Assembly (NCBI GenBank): GCA_028826165.1
Contig: JAPDFW010000091.1
Span: 221,538 to 285,537 of the forward strand
Origin: Anaeramoeba ignava BMAN
Taxonomy: Eukaryota > Protista > Anaeramoebae
Direction: 5' to 3'
Length of the DNA stretch: 64,000 nucleotides
This document shows positions 47,761-62,000 of the stretch, piece by piece. Made by a program: the position numbers and the translations under genes. Under the pieces are notes generated by a model that saw only the letters and a program-made list of their open reading frames with translations, was not told the origin of the DNA and made no database searches. The stretch's first letter is position 1. Each line of letters opens with the position of its first letter.

Positions 47761-50010
47761 GTAATTTTAATATTTAAATTCAAAATGAAAAGCAAATAAC
47801 AATTCAATTTTATAAATCAATTTTAATTTTAATTTTAATTTTAATTTTAAAATGAAAAGCAAATAACAATTCAATTTTATAAATAAATTTCAATTTTAAT
47901 TTTAATTTTAATTTTAAATTCAAAATGAAAAGCAAATAACAATCCAATTTTATAAATCAATTTCAATTTTAATTTTAATTTTAATTTTAATATTTAATTC
48001 AAAATGAAAAGCAAATAACAATTCAATTTTATAAATCAATTTCAATTTTAATTTTAATTTTAATTTTAATTTTTATTTAAATTCAAAATGAAAAGCAAAT
48101 AACAATTCAATTTTATAAATCAATTTTAATTTTAATTTTAAATTCAATTTTAAATTCAAAATGAAAAGCAAATAACAATCCAATTTTATAAATCAATTTT
48201 AATTTTAATTTTAAATTCAATTTCAATTTTTAATTCAAAATGAAAAGCAAATAACAATTTAATTTTATAAATAAATTTCAATTTTAATTTTAATTTTTAT
48301 TTTAATTTTAAATGAAAAGCAAATAACAATTCAATTTTATAAATAAATTTCAATTTTAATTTTATAAATCAATTTTAATTTTAATTCAAAATGAAAAGCA
48401 AATAACAATTTAATTTTATAAATCAATTTTAATTTCAATTTTATAAATCAATTTTAATTTTAATATTTAAATTCAAAATGAAAAGCAAATAACAATTCAA
48501 TTTTATAAATCAATTTTAATTTTAATTTTAAATTCAATTTTAAATTCAAAATGAAAAGCAAATAACAATTCAATTTTATAAATCAATTTTAATTTTAATT
48601 TTAAATTCAATTTCAATTTTAAATTCAAAATGAAAAGCAAATAACAATTTAATTTTATAAATAAATTTCAATTTTAATTTTAATTTTTATTTTAATTTTA
48701 AATGAAAAGCAAATAACAATTCAATTTTATAAATGAATTTCAATTTTAATTTTAATTTTAATTTTAATATTTAATTCAAAATGAAAAGCAAATAACAATT
48801 TAATTTTATAAATCAATTTTAATTTCAATTTTATAAATCAATTTTAATTTTAATATTTAATTCAAAATGAAAAGCAAATAACAATTTAATTTTATAAATC
48901 AATTTTAATTTTAATTTTAATTTTAATTTTAATTTTTATTTAAATTCAAAATGAAAAGCAAATAACAATTCAATTTTATAAATCAATTTTAATTTTAATT
49001 TTAAATTCAATTTTAAATTCAAAATGAAAAGCAAATAACAATTCAATTTTATAAATCAATTTTAATTTTAATATTTAAATTCAAAATGAAAAGCAAATAA
49101 CAATTTAATTTTATAAATTAATTTCAATTTTAAATTTAATTTTAATTTTAATTTTTATTTAAATTCAAAATGAAAAGCAAATAACAATTCAATTTTATAA
49201 ATAAATTTCAATTTTAATTTTAATTTTAATTTTAATATTTAATTCAAAATGAAAAGCAAATAACAATTTAATTTTATAAATCAATTTTAATTTCAATTTT
49301 ATAAATCAATTTTAATTTTAATATTTAATTCAAAATGAAAAGCAAATAACAATTTAATTTTATAAATCAATTTTAATTTTAAATTCAATTTTTAAATTCA
49401 AAATGAAAAGCAAATAACAATTCAATTTTATAAATTAATTTTAATTTTAATTTTAAATTCAATTTTAAATTCAAAATGAAAAGCAAATAACAATTCAATT
49501 TTATAAATAAATTTCAATTTTATAAATTAATTTTAATTTTAATATTTAATTCAAAATGAAAAGCAAATAACAATTCAATTTTATAAATAAATTTTAATTT
49601 TAATTTTAATATTTAAATTCAAAATGAAAAGCAAATAACAATTTAATTTTATAAATAAATTTCAATTTTAATTTTAATTTTAATATTTAATTCAAAATGA
49701 AAAGCAAATAACAATTTAATTTTATAAATCAATTTCAATTTTAATTTTAATATTTAAATTCAAAATGAAAAGCAAATAACAATTTAATTTTATAAATGAA
49801 TTTCAATTTTAATTTTAATATTTAATTCAAAATGAAAAGCAAATAACAATCCAATTTTATAAATCAATTTCAATTTTAATTTCAATTTTAATTTTAATTT
49901 TAATTTTAATTTTATAAATGAATTTTAATTTAATTTTATAAATTAATTTTAATTTTAATTTTAATTTAATTTTATAAATGAATTTTAAATATTATAAATA
50001 ATAATAATAG
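47761..50010 (+). repeat. Putative 5'UTR intron of dynein filled by about 28 copies of a 65-90 nt minisatellite (core AAATGAAAAGCAAATAACAAT)
   Basis: Begins GTAATT at 47761 and ends AATAG at 50010, 2 nt before the ATG. The core is repeated from about 47784 to 49850. Confidence 0.7.
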
Positions 50011-50012
50011 AT

Positions 50013-53000
50013 ATGACAACAACAGAAGATATACAAGCAATACCAATAAGCACAGAAGCATTATCAAGATACATTGAATCAGTTGCAAATGCACTATTAA
50101 CATCACCTAATGATTCAACCACTAAAACAGGAAAAATAGAAAAATTAATATTTGACATGGAATCACGAGCAAAAATTGAAAAATTCGCAACAGATCCACA
50201 AATGAATGTGTTATGCATTCGACAAGTAACAACAGCACAAGATCAATTTGATTTCCATCTTGAATTAGAAGTCAGTTACACAAACGAAAACTCATCAAGC
50301 ATTGCTTTTATCAAAAGAACAGGATTGATCAAAGAAGATGCTTCTTTATCTTCACAGATTCATGTTGTGAATATTGGCGAAGGCTCTCCTTTTGAAATTA
50401 TTCATAGTTTGATTCATAATACTGTTTCTCCCTTTTTTACTTCTTTTGAATCGAAAACTCGTGAAAGAAGTGTTTCTCCTTTCCAGGATAATGTAAACTT
50501 GGCTAAAACTCAAATTATTCAAGATGCTCCGTTAGTGAAAAAGAAATTATCTGAATTAGAACTTACTCTTGTTCAATGCCAACAGAATGTTGAAGTTCCT
50601 GAAATTATTTTGACAGTTGAACCTGAAATTCGTGATTTTGTTTTGAAGGTATATATAAAAATATTTTAATTATTTTAATTATTTTAATTATTTTAAATTA
50701 TTTTAATTATTTTAATTATTTTAAATATTTTAATTATTTTAATTATTTTAAATTATTTTAAATTATTTTTAATTATTTTAAATTATTTTAAATTATTTTA
50801 ATTATTTTAATTATTTTAATTATTTTAATTATTTTAATTTTTATTTTAAATTATTTTAATTATTTTAAATTATTTTAAATATTTTAATTATTTTAAATTA
50901 TTTTAAATATTTTTATTATTTTAATTATTTTAATTATTTTAAATTATTTTAATTATTTTAAATTATTTTTATTATTTTAATTATTTTAAATTATTTTAAA
51001 TTATTTTTATAGGCAAAACAAAAAGGAATCCAAATCACTAATGAAGACCTATCTAACACTTTTGATGAATACGAATTCTTAAAAAGAGTTCAAAATGGTG
51101 TTAATAAATGGATTACAGACATACAAAAAGTAACAAGAATGAAAAGAGATGTTTCAAGTGGAAATGCACTACAAGAAATCAACTTTTGGATTTCACTCGA
51201 AAACTCATTAAAAAACGTTGAAAAACAAGTCAAAACACCAGAGGTTCAACACACACTCAATCTTCTTAAAATCAAAAAAAGACATCTCGCAAGTTTTGCA
51301 TTTGAATCTGATACAGGACTCAAACAATGCCTTAACAAAGTGGAAAATTACAACATTTTAATGAAGGAAATGCCACTAAATCAATTACAATCAGCTCAAG
51401 ACATCGATTCTCTTCGTGATGCCGTTTTGAATATTTTTTTCCATTTGAAAAAAATAAGAAATACTGATTATCCTCTTCAAAGATCAGTTGAATTTGTATT
51501 CGCCATTTTTAATGATCTTTCTTTGCAAATTGTTTCAATTCTGAAGTCAAAAGATATGCTGAATTTGCCTTTTTATGAATTCGACACCATTTCAGGAAAA
51601 TGTATTGATTTATTTCAAACATGGGATGAAAATTACAGTCATTTTAAAGATGCATTACGAGAAATTGCAAGAAGAAAAGGAGAAGAAAAATCTTTTAGAG
51701 TAAGCAAAAAAAAAACAAAAATAACGGAAAAAAACAAAATAACAGAAAAAACAAAAATATTCTGCTTGATTTTAGACACCAAATCAATCACAACCATTAA
51801 AACAAAGAATCATGCAGATCATTAAATTCAGAAGACAACACGAAGAACTGCAAAATGTGATCACCAAAATCCTTCCAAAAACAACAACAGAATTATCAGA
51901 AATCAACGCAATAGAAGAAGTTAAAGAAGCTTATGAATATGTACGAAATATCGACCCATTATTACTTACAGACGAAGGGAACGAAATGTGGAACGAGGCA
52001 ATCAAGAATTACGATACAAAAATAGACTCAATTGAAGGACACATCACAGCAAGTCTGCGAGAAAGACTTGGAAACGCTAAAAATGCAAATGAAATGTTCA
52101 AGGTGTTTAGTCAGTTCAACGTTCTGTTTTTCCGACCGAGAATCCGAGGAGCAATCCAAGAATATCAGACGCAATTAATCCATGGAGTCAAAGAAGATAT
52201 CCAAGAATTGCAAGAAAAATTGCAGCATAAATATCAACAATCAGAAACAAGCCGAATTAGTGAAATTCGTGATATTCCTTCCGTTTCAGGAGAAATCATC
52301 TGGGTTAAACAAATTAGAAACCAATTGGAAACTTATATGAATAGAATCGAAGCTGTTCTCGGCGTCGGTTGGGAAAATTACAGCGAAGGTCAAAAACTCA
52401 AAGCAGATGGAGAAAGCTTCAAGAAGGAACTCAACCCGCAGAAAATATTCGACACTTGGGTTCGTGATGTGGAAAGCAAGAAATGGGAAATCTCAGGTCC
52501 GATTTTCGCAATCCAACAAGGAAAAAAGAAAATGCATTTAAAAGTTACTTTTGGAAATGAAATCATCACACTTTTCAAAGAAGTCCGTAATCTCCAATGG
52601 CTTGGATTCCGTGTTCCCTTCTCAATCACACATATTGCGGATAATGCAGGTCAAGTTTATCCGTTTGCTGTTTCTTTGATTGAATCTATTAAAAATTATT
52701 TCCAAATCTGTCGAAGCATCGATTCTGAAATTTATCCTTTGATCGCATCACATCGCTCGCAAATTCAAGACAAAATCAAACTGGGTATTTCCTTGAGCTG
52801 GGATTCCCACAAGCTGGAAGCATATGCAACCGAGCTCGCAAATTCAATACTGTTTTTCCAAGAACAAGTTGATGGGCTTGTGAGTCGATACAGCGAAATC
52901 AAAAAATCACTTGATCAATTAAAAACCTGCGAATTCAAATTCGAGGCATTACAAGAAGTTATCCAACAAATCCAGAAAGGCATCGACGAACTGAGCTTGG

Positions 53001-56000
53001 GATCTTTTTCCAATTTAAACACTTGGGTCAATTTTCTTGATTCCAAAATTGAGCAGATTTTCATCCAAAGATTAAACGATTGCATAACAACATGGAACGA
53101 GAATTTTGATGATTTCCTAACAACAATTGAAGAGCAAAAACATCCGAAAAAATTCAAAAAAAGCTTTCATGACGAAGACGACGAACAAGAAGATCAAGAA
53201 GAGAAAAAGCTTACTCTGGAGCTCCCAACAATGACATACAGAATCAAAATCAAGAACCGCGTTGTTTATTTAGATCCACCATTTAAAGATGCACGAGAAA
53301 ATTGGATTGTTCAATTACATCAAACAATGGGGATCATCTGCAATCAAGAACGCATCAAAAGTACGCGATTCGATGTCTTCAGCACATCACAAATTTCAAT
53401 AGACGAGAAAACATACTCGCGACTCGTTGCCAAACTTCCCGAAGGATTATTATTTACAGCATATAACAAAATTGAGCTACTTTTGGATCAAATTGAGGAA
53501 TACATCAAAATTTGGTTCCAATATCAAGCATTATGGGACATGGATGTTCAGAGAGTCACACAAGAAATTGGCGACGATCTCGAGAACTGGCAAAAACTTC
53601 TTTCCGAAATCAAGCGCCACAGATCACCTTTTGATACGCGAGAAACCACTAAAAAACTCGGACCGACTCTGATTGACTATTCTCAAGTCCAAGCAAAAGT
53701 AAGCAACAAATATGACTCTTTCCACAAAGATTTCCTCAACAAATTCGGTGAGAAATTGGGTGTCTCAATGCAAAGTTTCCATGAAACAATTGAAAAAGCT
53801 CAAGAAGAACTTGAAAAACATTCTTTCGATCCAAATTCAACAGCAGACATCGTCTCCTTTGTTACCCAACTTACACAAATGAAACGGAATATGGAGGATT
53901 GGACTCGCACCGTTGATCTCCTTCATTCTAGTGAAAATACCCTTACTCGCCAACGATTCCAATTCCCAGAAGCTTGGCTTTCTTTCGAAAGGGTAAACGA
54001 CAAATGGAGTTCTTTTAACGAAATTTTCACACAAACAAACAGCAAAGTGAATGAGGAAATCCCTCTTTTGCAAAACAAAATTATCCACCAAGAAGAATTT
54101 TTCGAAACACAACTTAATGAATTTAATTTTGATTGGAAAAAAGAAAAGCCTGTTGATGGAAGAATAAAACCTAATGTCGCCATCGCTAAACTTGAGAACT
54201 TCGGTAAAAGACTCGAGAAACTTGAAGAGCAGAACGAAAAGATATCAAGTGCGAAAGAAGCTCTTGATATGGAACGATCTCACCTCCATAATTTGATCCC
54301 AATTCGTGAAGAAGTTGTTGCCTTGAAACAAGTTTGGAATGAGCTGTCTTCTGTTTGGGACAAATTAGAGGAAATCAAAGAGACTCCATGGTCAGCAGTT
54401 GTTCCCAAAAAATTAAGAGCATCTCTTGATGATTTGATTACTCAACTCAGAACCTTACCACCAAGTGTCAGGGAATACAATGCTTATGAACATTTCCATT
54501 CAATGATAAAAGGATTTTTGAAATGCAATGTGACTATTATTGATTTGAAATCAGAATCACTTAAAGAAAGACATTGGAAACAAATACAAAATAAATTGGG
54601 AGTTAAATGGGTTTTTTCTGAATTAACACTTGCTGATATCTACAATGTGGATTTAATCAAAAACGAAGCTATTTTTAAAGAAGTTATCAGAATTGCCCAA
54701 GGTGAAATGGCTCTAGAAAAATTTCTTGAACAAATGAAAGATCATTGGCAAAACTACATCCTTGATCTCGTGAATTACCAGAATAAATGTAAACTGATTA
54801 AAGGATGGGATGATTTATTTACCAAAATTTCTGATTATCTCAATTCACTTGTCGCAATGAAAAACTCTCCATTTTATAAAGTATTTGAAGAAGAAGCAAT
54901 TGCGTGGGAAGATAAATTAAACAGATTACATTTACTTTTTGATACATGGATTGATGTTCAAAGAAAATGGGTTTATTTAGAAGGAGTATTTTGTGGAAGT
55001 AGTGATATCCAACAATTATTACCTCAAGAATCATCCAAATTCAAAACTATTGATAATGATTTCCTCATCATGATGAAAAAAGTCGCCAAATCACCTCATA
55101 TTCTTGATGTTCTCAATATTCAAGGTCTTCAACACACATTGGAAAGATTATCTGATATGCTTTCCAAAGTTCAAAAGGCTCTTGGTGAATATCTAGAAAA
55201 ACAAAGATCAGCTTTCCCAAGATTTTATTTTGTTGGAGATGAAGATCTTTTGGAAATTATTGGACACAGCAAAGATGTAGTTAAAATACAAAGACATTTA
55301 AGGAAAATGTTTGCAGGAATTGCTTTACTTAAATTAAGTGATGATGAAACATCAATTATTGGGATGTTATCAAGAGAACATGAAGAAATTAACTTTCCAG
55401 ATCCTGTTAAATATAAAGAAATTTCCAAAATTCATGAATGGCTGAATATGGTTGAAAATCAAATGAGAGTTTCTTTGGGAAATTGTTTGGATATTTCATT
55501 AAGAGAATTTATTCAATTATCTTCAAAAGATGAACTTGATAAGGATCTCTTTTTAAAATGGGTTGAAACAACACCTGCTCAAATTATAGTTCTTACTATT
55601 AAAGTAATTTGGACACAAAAAGTTGAAAATGCACTTTCAAATAATAGTCAAGTTTTCCTTAAACAAACACTTGATTGGATTGGAAATATTTTAGATTTAT
55701 TAGCTTTTAATGTTCTTTTTGATTTACAACCAATTACAAGAAAGAAATATGAACATTTAATTATTGAATTAATTCATCAAAGAGATGTTATTAGAAGATT
55801 GATTCAAGCTGGTGTAAAAACCCTAAAAGATTTTGCATGGACTGAAGAAATGAGATTTTATTGGAATGAAAAGGAAAGTCATGAAACGAAATTAATGATT
55901 TCAATTGCAAATGCATCATTTGCATATGGATTTGAATATTTAGGAGTTGTTGATAAATTAGTACAAACACCACTTACAGATCGATGTTATCTTACATTAA

Positions 56001-59000
56001 CACAAGCATTAAATTTAAGATTAGGTAAATAAAATATAAAAATATTTAAATAAATTTAAAATATAAATTAATATAAATATTTTTTAATAAATAAAAAGGT
56101 GGTGCTCCTGCTGGTCCTGCTGGAACTGGTAAATCTTTAAGAAATTCAACTATAGTTTATACTCCAAATGGTCCTAAATTAAATGGTGATTTACAAATTG
56201 GTGATGAAGTTTGTACTCCTGATGGAAAATTTGCTAAAATTCTTGCTGTTTATCCTCAAGGTAAAATTGGTGTTTTTAGAGTTCATTTCAAAGATGGTGG
56301 TTTTGTTGATTGTTCTGATGATCATCTTTGGTCTGTTGATCATTCATCTAAAATTATAACAACTCAAGAAATGAGAAGATGTTTAAGAAGAGAAGAAAAA
56401 ATTTCAATAGAAACTCCTAAATATACAAATTTCAAAACTCAAAAAACCAAAATATCTCCTTATCTTTTTGGAGTTTTAATTGCAGGAAATGAAAAGATAT
56501 TAGAAAACCAAAATATCAAAATTTCCAATTCAATTAACAAACAAATTTTCCAAAATATTCAACATTTATTAAATCTTACATCTGATGGAAATTATGAAAT
56601 TTATTATGATCAAATTAATGATTATATGCCAAAACTTTCACAAAATAAATTTATTCCAAATGAATTCCAATTTAATTCCAAAGAAATAAGATTCCAATTA
56701 CTTCAAGGAATTCTTGATAGAAATGGATATTTTGATTCCAAAACAAATTCACCAATTTATTCAACATCATCTCAACAATTAGCATTTGATTTAAAGAAAT
56801 TAATTGAATCACTTGGAGGAATTTGTTACATTTCCAGAACAAAACAAAACGAGGAAATTATATTTAATTGTCGAATTGAAATTGAAAAACCAGAAAAACT
56901 TTTCACATTAAATGATAAAATTTTAATTGCTAAAAAATCTAAAAAATTTATTAATGAAAGATTTGTTTCCAAAATTGAATATATTTGCAAAGATGAATGT
57001 CAATGCATATTAATTGATCATCCAGATCATTTATTTATCACAGAAAATCATATTGTAACACATAATACAGAAACTGTTAAAGAACTTGGAAATCAATTAG
57101 GAAGATTTGTTTTGGTTTTTAATTGTGATGAAAATTTTGATTTCCAAGCAATGGGAAGAATTTTTGTTGGTCTTTGTCAATGTGGAGCTTGGGGATGTTT
57201 TGATGAATTTAATAGATTAGAAGAAAGAATGTTATCAGCAGTTTCTCAACAAATTCAAACAATTCAATTATCTTTAAAAGAACAATTAAAAGAAGTTGAA
57301 TTAATAGGAAGAAATGTTAAAATTAATCCAAATATGGGAATTTTTATTACAATGTAAAAAATATATAAAATTTAAAACACAAAAATTTATTTATTTAAAA
57401 TAAAAAATTTTTTTTTAATTTAGGAATCCTGGTTATACTGGAAGAGTTCAATTACCAGAAAATTTAAAAACATTATTTAGAACAATTTCTGTTGTTAAAC
57501 CTGATAGAGAATTAATTGCTCAAGTTATGCTTTTTTCTCAAGGTAAAAACAAAAATAAAAATATAAAAAATAAAAATATAAAATTTTAATTAATTTTAAT
57601 TAATTTTAATTTTTTAAAATAGGATTTAAAACAGCTGAAAAATTATCAGGAAAAGTTGTCCCTTTATTTAATTTATGTGCAGACCAACTTTCACCACAAA
57701 AACATTATGATTTTGGATTAAGAGCTTTAAAAAGTGTATTAGTTTCAGCAGGAAATATAAAAAGATTAGAAATTAAAGATAAAAAACAAGATGAAGTCAA
57801 AGATAAAAAACAACTTGGAGAAGAAGAAAAATCTGTAGTTATTAAAAGTATATGTGAAACAGTTATTCCAAAATTAGTTGCAGATGATATTCCATTACTA
57901 CACAGTTTATTATCAGATGTATTCCCAGGAGCACTTCCAATAGAATTAGAAATGGCAGAATTAAGAAATGTTATTTATGATATTTGCAAGAAACATTATT
58001 TAGTTCCAGGAAACAGATGGATAGAAAAAATGCTTCAATTATTTCAATTACAAAAAATTCATCATGGAGTTATGATGGTTGGTCCATCAGGAAGTGGAAA
58101 ATCAACAGCATGGAAAATTCTTTTGGAAGCACTTGAAAGAGTTGAAGGAATTAAATCACAATCATATGTTATTGATCCTAAAGCTATTACTAAAGAAGAA
58201 CTTTTCGGAGTTCTTGATCCAACAACAAGAGAATGGACTGATGGAATATTCACACATATTTTAAGGAAAATTGTTGATAATGTAAGAGGAGAATCAAATA
58301 TGAGACACTGGATTATTTTTGATGGAGATGTTGATTCTATTTGGGTTGAGAATTTAAATTCAGTTCTTGATGATAATAAAATACTTACTTTGCCTAATGG
58401 TGAAAGAGTTGCTTTGACTCCTAATGTCAGAGTAATGTTTGAAGTTCAAGACTTAAGATATGCAACACCAGCAACAGTTTCAAGATGTGGAATGGTTTGG
58501 TTCTCTGATGATACCATTTCATTAGATATGAATTTTGCTCATTATCTTGAAAAAACTAAACATGTTCCTTTATTAGAAAGTGAAAAAACTGGATTTGAAG
58601 AGCAACTTTCAGATGAAAAAGAAAAAAATCAAGAGTTATTAAGAACTCAAGAAATTTGTGTTGATGCTTTAAAAAAATATTTCGATTCAAATGGTGTTGT
58701 TATTAAAGCAATTGATTATGCTTTTAAAAAACAAAATGTAATGGATTTCACAAATCTTCGTTCATTAACATCAGCATTCTCACTTTTGGATCAAGGAATA
58801 AACCATATTCACGAATATAATTCAACTCATTCTGGTTTCCCAATGGGAAAAGAACATATCCAAAAATATGTTACAAAAAGATTACTTTTCTCATTGATTT
58901 GGGGATTTGGAGGATCAATGTCTTTACAAGATCGAGAAGAATTTGGAACATTTTTATTAAATATTTGTGATATTCAAGGACCTGAAGATAAAATGCATCC

Positions 59001-62000
59001 ATTAATTGATTTTGAAGTTCAAATTGAAGATGGAGAATGGGCTCTATGGAAAAATCGAGTTCCAAATCTTGAAATTGAAACATATATGGTTGCTAGTTCA
59101 GATGTTGTTATCCCAACTGTGGATACTTTAAGACATGAAGAAGTTGTTAATTCTTGGCTTAAAGACCATCTTCCTTTAATACTTTGTGGACCACCTGGAT
59201 CTGGTAAATCACTTAGAAATTCAGCAACAGTTTATACTCCAAATGGACCTAAAATTAATGGAAAATTAAAAATTGGAGATGTAGTTTGCACTCCTGATGG
59301 AAAAACTTCTAAAATTATTGGTATTTATCCACAAGGTAAACTTCATGTTTATCGAGTTAAATTTGAAGATGGAGATTTTGTTGATTGTTCTGCTGATCAT
59401 CTTTGGACTGTTAATGATCATTCAAATTATAAAAAACAAAAATTTGTTCTTACAACTCAACAAATTATTGATAATCTTCAAATTATCCCAACTATTCCTG
59501 AAAGAAAAGGAGCTAGATTTAGTATTGATACTCCAAAACCAATTTTATTTATGGAAAGAAATGTTCCTTTTGATCCTTATTTACTTGGAGTTTTAATTGG
59601 AAAAGAAGAAATTTATATTGGAAATGAAAATATTGAAAAACAAAATCATTATAAAGAAATACTTGAAGAATTGGGACTTTTAAATCAACCAAAAGATAAA
59701 TTATTTATTCCTCAAGATTACATTTTCAATTCTAAAGAAATTAGATTGGAAATTATTAAAGGATTATTAGATTCAAATTCATCCATTAATTATAAAGATA
59801 ACTCAATTATATTCAAATGTAAATCAACAAAATTATCACAAGATTTTAAAAAAGTTATTCAATCATTGGGAGGAATGTGTTCAATTGAAACAAATTCAAA
59901 TAAAACAAATTTATGCAAAATTTTCTATAAAACACCAAAAGAATTATTCAAATTATCCAAAAATAAAGATAAAATTGGAGAACCAAGTCCATTTGTATTT
60001 GAAAGAAGAATAATTTCTATTGAATGTGTTGGAGAAGATGAATGTACATGTATCACAATTGATCATCCAGAAGAATTATATTTAACAGATAATTTTGTTG
60101 TAACACATAACACAATGACTTTATATTCAACACTTCGATCATTACCAAATTTCGAAGTTGTAGGAATTAACTTTTCAAGTGCAACAACACCTGAATTAGT
60201 TATGAAAACATTAACACATTATTGCAAATATCAAAAAACACCAAATGGAGTTATTCTTGAGCCAACAAAATTAGATAAATGGCTTGTTATTTTCTGTGAT
60301 GAAATTAATCTTCCCAAACAAGATCGATATGGAACACAAAAAGTAATAACATTTTTAAGACAATTAGTTGAAAGAGGAGGATTTTGGAGAATATCCGATT
60401 ATCAATGGGTAACAACAAGAAGAATTCAATTTGTAGGAGCATGTAATCCACCAACAATGGTTGGTCGAGTTCCTTTATCACATCGATTCCTTAGACATTC
60501 ACCTGTAATTCTTGTTGATTATCCTTCTGCAGATTCACTCAAACAAATTTATGGAACTTTTAATAGAGCAGTTCTTAGATTGTGTCCTACTCTTCGTTCA
60601 AATGCAAGATCATTAACAGATGCAATGGTTGAATTTTATTCACTTTCTCAACAAAGATTCACACAAGATATGCAACCTCATTATGTTTATTCACCAAGAG
60701 AATTGAGTAGATGGACTCGTTCTCTCAGAGAAATTTTAAAACCTTTAGGTGGAGATCTTGATTTAGATGGACTTGTTAGAATATTTGTTCATGAAGGATT
60801 AAGATTGTTTCAAGATAGATTAGTTTATAAAGAAGAAAGAGATTGGACTGATGAACAATTAGATTCAGTTTCTAAGAAATATTTCCCAGGAATCCGAGAG
60901 AAAACTCTTGAAAGACCCATTTTATTTAGTGATTGGTTATCTAAGGATTATATGGATGTTGATAGAGAGAAATTAAGAGAACATGTTAAAGCCAGATTAA
61001 AAGTATTTTATGAAGAAGAATTGAATGTTAAATTAGTATTATTTAATGAAGCACTTGATCATATTTTAAGAATTGATCGAGTATTAAAGCAACCACAAGG
61101 TAAATTTCAAAATAGTTTCAAAATAATTTCAATTTAAGTTTTATTTTAAAATTTTAATTTTTATTTAAATTTTATTTAAATTTTATTTTAATTTTATTTA
61201 AATTTTATTTAATTTTATTTAAATTTTATTTTAATTTAAATTAAATTTTATTTTAAATTTATTTTAATTTTATTTTAATTTTATTTAATTTTATTTTTAA
61301 TTTTATTTTTAATTTTATTTTAAATTTTATTTTTAAATTTTATTTAAATTTTATTTTTAAATTTTATTTTTAAATTTTATTTAAATTTTATTTAAATTTT
61401 ATTTAAATTTTATTTTAATTTTATTTAAATTAATTTTATTTTATTTTTAATTTTAAATTTTAATTTTAAATTTTATTTAAATTTTATTTTAATTTTATTT
61501 TAATTTTATTTAAATTTTATTAAAATTTAAATTTTATTTAAATTTTAATTTTATTTTATTTTAAATTTTATTTAAATTTTATTTAAATTTTATTTAAATT
61601 TTATTTTAATTTTATTTTAATTTTATTTTAATTTTATTTAAATTTTAAATTTTATTATTTTAATTTTAGGTCATTGTTTGCTAATTGGATCAAGTGGTGC
61701 TGGTAAATGCTTAGATCCAAATACTCCTGTTATGCTTTATAATGGAAAATCAAAATTGGCTAAAAATATTAAAGTTAATGATCAACTTATGGGTGATGAT
61801 TCAAATCCAAGAAATGTTTTAAGTATTTGTAAAGGAAGAGAAAATATGTATCGAATAAAACAATCAAATGGTGATGAATATATTGTTAATGAACCTCATA
61901 TTCTTTCTTTGAAATTAACAATCAATTCAATTCTTAATCATGAAAAAGATCTTAAAAGATATTCAGTTCTTTATTTTGAAAATCATTGTGAGAAAATTAA

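Noticed and set aside
47780-49860. CRISPR-like repeat-spacer appearance (also 8320-9410)
   Set aside because: Spacers are related low-complexity AT repeats rather than unique sequences, there are no cas genes, and the context is eukaryotic; these are minisatellites.
58081-58110. Intein or intein scar in AAA2
   Set aside because: [11 protein letters not shown] is contiguous and canonical.
56134-60111. Dynein P-loop insertions as RNA introns
   Set aside because: No GT-AG ends, open in frame with the host, exon-like composition and complete intein motifs.
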